Part shown: in pieces, positions 60,001 to 64,000 of the stretch
Numbering within the stretch: the stretch's first letter is position 1
How the letters are laid out: every line of letters begins with the position of its first letter
Source: Amphiscolops sp. MND2022
Taxonomy: Eukaryota
NCBI GenBank assembly: GCA_964187785.1
Contig: OZ076409.1
Span: forward strand, 44,828,001-44,892,000
Direction of reading: 5' to 3'
Length of the DNA stretch: 64,000 nucleotides
Position numbers and translations under genes: made by a program
Notes under the pieces: model-generated
What the model saw: only the letters and a program-made list of their open reading frames with translations
What the model was told of the DNA's origin: nothing
Databases searched by the model: none

Positions 60001-63000
60001 AAAAAATTTTACTACCTAGTAGGTCGTTCTAACGAATTTTTTACATTCAAATCTGTAGTTTTTTTAAACATTCTGCTTGCCTATTTAATAGGTTTGGAGT
60101 TTTCGAAGATTACATAGCAATGTTAACGTTCATCAAAAATTCATTTAAATGTCAAACAACTGCCAAAGATTTTTTCTTTTTTGGGGTCACGTTGAGGCTC
60201 CTTTCTAACGTGTTACTGCAATTGACCTTCGAAAAGTCAACTGTATAACGCACTTGTTCGCTCCCGAACAAATTCACTCTTCCAACGATGGCAACTACTC
60301 AAAACATCCAGAACTTTGCATAAGAAACTTTAAATTTTGACTTTTCTTATTTCCGACTTATCATGCTCATTTCTGAAGGGTTTTTGAAGCAAAAAAATTG
60401 CAACTTCAAAAAAGTGCACCGTGTAGCTAGTTTGTTCGTGTTTGAGTGTTTTGAACTTCCTTAGCTACAAAAATTTTCAAAAATTGTACACAAAATGCAG
60501 GAAAAACGACAAAATTGAAAAATTTGGGTTGTGATATTTTGAGGTGAAATTTAAGCATATTTCCTATGATCAATTGCATTTATTCTTCCAAAACAATATA
60601 AAAGAAAAAATTGAAATGTTAGTTCCTTGTTTTAAAGTTTTTAATTACGAAACCTCTCAAAATTTGAAAAAAAAATGATTTGAAAAAATCAAAAAAATTG
60701 AAATCTTTTGAATTTTTGATTACTCAGAGTTCAATTTTAAACTATTTTTCGAACGTGAAATTGCTATTGATTTTCACAAAGTCTATTATAGTTTGCGTTT
60801 GTTTGCTGTTGAATGTTTTTCTTTACCTTTTTACATTTCCAATTTTACATACGAAATTTAAAATTTTTCGAAAAAGTTGGAATTTCTTTGGGTCATTCTG
60901 AGATAATGTTTACCTAGACGATTGCAAAGTTTTTATTCACAAAGCGTACTGTATAGCTTGGTAAATTGTCAGGAGTTGTAGAACCATCGTATTCACCAAA
61001 AGTTTCACAAACCATGTTTAAATTTGTCAAAAATAGAAAAATTTTGATACTTTGTTCTTTACTCGATTCATTTTGAGACATTTTGATAGACAAATCAGCA
61101 AATACATCCACCGAAAGCCACCTGGATATCATTTTCATTTGTTATTGAACCATTCTGTTTTTTGACCCTCGAAATGTTTAGAAAAATTCATAGATTTTGC
61201 ACATGACGTTCAAATATTTCAATTTTTCTACTTTTCGACTCACTGTCGTTTTGAAAGGTTTTGATGATGAAAAACACTGTTTTTCTCATGAAAAAGAACA
61301 CTGATTTCCTACTTTTTTCTCATTGGATTGTTTTGAACCTTCTAACTGACAAAATTCTTTTAAATTGTGCCTAAAGAAAATGAAAAAGCTATATAAACTG
61401 GAAGTTTTTGAACTTTTTGCGATTTTTGGTGTTACATTCAAGCACATTTGAATAAAAAACTGTTTTGTCTCTTCAAAAAGGCTACTGGACAACGAGTTCA
61501 GTTGTTGTTGAACTGATTTAGAGTTTAATCCATGAAAACTTTGGAATATTTACAGAAAGTGATTTCGAAAATTGCGAAATAAAGGATTTTTCGACATTTG
61601 TGTCATTGTGGTTATTTTCTTACAAAATTGCTCCATTTTTCCTGAACAACGTTATTACACAACAAAATTACCCGTTGTTGAACGTATTCAACCTTTTGAT
61701 TTATGAAAACTCTTGACAATTTGACAAATGTAAAAAAAAGGCGAAAAATCAAAAAATTTAGGAACTTTTGTCGTTTTCGGTCGGAATTTGAGCTTTTTTT
61801 CATTTAAAAAAATGCCTTTGTTTTCTCACAAATGCCTCTTAGACAACGTATTCTTTCCTTTTTGACCGTTTTCAACATTCCTAAGTACCAAATTTATCGA
61901 AAACTTGACAAAAACGGCATGAAAACGTTGGAAGTCGGAGAAAAATGCTGTTTTGGCCATTTTTGTGATCATTCTGGGGGTGCGTTTATTGAATTCTATG
62001 GGTGAATCCCTTTCCTTTGTGCGTAAATTTGGTAGTTACCAAATTTGGTGAAAAACTCGTTTGATATGAGTATTTTATTTTGCCATATGAAATATAGACG
62101 GGAATTAAAAAACAGAATCATGACTGTACAACCGAATATGACGTGGTAAAATAGGATACAGATCATTTTCTGCTTCTATGTCTTATTCGGCAGAAAACAG
62201 CAGAAAAAGTTTTGTGTTAGCCAGAAACGTGGTTCACAAGCAGAATGTGGGGCTTCGAGGCTCGCTCAAGGCTTTCTTTACAAGACGCCCGCTTGCCAGC
62301 AAGATTTTCCGTCCAAACAGTTTCATCAATGACTATATTTCGATGCTCAGGAGTAGGCGTTGCAGAAAGTTTGATGAAAATGCAGAGAAGTTTGATGAAT
62401 AAAAAATTGACCCTTTTTGAAAAAAATCAAACCATTTCAGAAGGAAACATTTCAAGAACACATTGAACACCAATTTGTTTTTTGTCGACCTGGGGGGATA
62501 CGAAAAGCTACAATCAATTTTTATGATATTGCAGGAAAAGTCACTAAAAACGTCAAAATTTGGAAACGTTCGACATCTGGACAAGGTTGCGGTTCTTTGG
62601 GGGCACTTTTCCAAGAAGCTGCATATTCATTTTCAAAAACGCCTACTGGATTTCGGGTTCAGTTGGTGTTGAATTAGGAAACTGCTCGGAAGGTTTACCA
62701 AAAGGTATAAAAACATTTCGAAAAAAAGAAAATTTAGAAATTTTCAAAATTTTACCAAAAAATTTTACTACCTAGTAGGTCGTTCTAACGAACTTTTTAC
62801 ATTCAAAACTGTAGTTTTTTTAAACATTCTGCTTGCCTATTTATTAGGTTTATAGTTTTCGAAGATTACATAGCAATGTTAACGTTCATCAAAAATTCAT
62901 TTAAATGTCAAACAACTGCCAAAAGTTTTTTCTCTTTTGGGGTCACGTTGAGGCTCCTTTCTAACGTGTTACTGCAATTGACTTTCAAAAAGTCAACTGT

Positions 63001-64000
63001 TTAACGCACTTGTTCGCTCCCGAACAAATTCACTCTTCCAACGATGGCAACTACTCAAAACATCCAGAACTTTGCATAAGAAACAACTCCAAGTTTTAAA
63101 GTTCTAAATTACAAAACCTGTCAAAATTTGAAAAAAAAATGATTTGAAAAAAAACCAAAAAAATTGAAAACTTTTGAATTTTTGATTACTCAGAGTTCAA
63201 TTTTAAACTATTTTTTGAACGTGAAATTGCTATTGATTTTCACAAAGTCTATTATGGTTTGCGTTTGTTTACTGTTGAATGTTTTTCTTTTCATTTTTAC
63301 ATTTCCAATTTTACATACGAAATTTAAAATTTTTCGAAAACGTTGGAATTTCTTTGGGTCATTCTGAGATAATGTTTACCTAGACGATTGCAAAGTTTTT
63401 GTTCACAAAACGTACTGTATAGCTTGGTGAATTGTCTGGAGTTGTAGAACCATCGTATTCACCAAAAGTTTCACAAAGCATGTTCAAATTTGTCAAAAAT
63501 AGAAAAATTTTGATGCTTTATTCTTTACTCGGTTCATTTTGAGACATTTTCATAGACAAATCAGCAAATACCTCAGCCGAAAGCCTCCTGGATATCAATT
63601 CCATTTGTTGTTGAACCATTTTTTTAACCCTCGAAATGTTTAGAAAATTCATAGATTTTGCACATGACGTTCAAATTTTCTACTTTCCGACTCATTGTCG
63701 TTTTGAAAGGTTTTCATGATGTAAAACACAGTTTTTCTCATGAAAAAGAACACTGCTTTCCTAATTTTTTCGCCTTGGATTGTTTTGAACCTTCTAACTG
63801 ACAAAATTCATAAAAACTGTGAATAAAGAAAAAGAAAAAGCTACAAAAACTGGAAATTTTTGAACTTTTTGAGAATTTTGATGTTACATTCAAGCACATT
63901 TGAATAAAAAACTGCATTTTTCCCTTCAAAACGTCTTCTGGACAACGAAATTAGTTGTTGTTGAACTGTTTTAGAGTTTTAATCCATGAAAATTTTGGAA
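54010..64000. repeat. Tandem array (macrosatellite) with a unit of about 2.75 kb, about 3.7 copies, continuing past the window end
   Basis: The anchor gtggttcac/gaag..ggggcttcgaggctcg recurs at about 54030, 56718, 59471 and 62229. Repeated ORF calls at 56667, 59420 and 62178 give periods of 2753 and 2758 bp. Confidence 0.97.

Noticed and set aside
56667..62775. Recurrent 70-93 aa ORFs in the tandem array (MSYSAENS.., MNKIKPFQ..)
   Set aside because: They recur only because the DNA repeats, several are frameshifted in some copies, and no domain is recognisable.

Overview
AT-rich, repeat-dense animal (invertebrate-type) genomic DNA with one 200-N assembly gap (29844-30042). It holds three intact, intron-containing genes on the + strand: homogentisate 1,2-dioxygenase (HGD, 13 coding exons, 7705-15557), proteasome subunit alpha type-1 (PSMA1, 6 exons, 30742-32575) and ALIX/PDCD6IP (15 coding exons, 33570-46059). 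Most of the rest is transposon-derived. This includes a decayed Bel/Pao element whose 3' LTR contains a tRNA-like segment, a 543-bp internally deleted Tc1 element that keeps only its DNA-binding domain, and several Helentron/DINE-like non-autonomous repeats. It also includes a 16.9-29.8 kb cluster of decayed non-LTR retrotransposons (three start with the same ~95-bp 5' module), several MITEs, a full-length Mag-like Gypsy element (identical 234-bp LTRs, ATGGG target-site duplication, tRNA-Ser primer site) and a ~2.75-kb-unit tandem array from ~54 kb to the window end. The most interesting observations are the shared 5' module, an apparent reciprocal Arg/His swap in HGD at positions I recall as human alkaptonuria alleles, a strong GTTAG splice-donor bias, an unexplained ~250-aa segment in the Gypsy Pol, and the macrosatellite. 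All gene models were built by eye and no database search was run.
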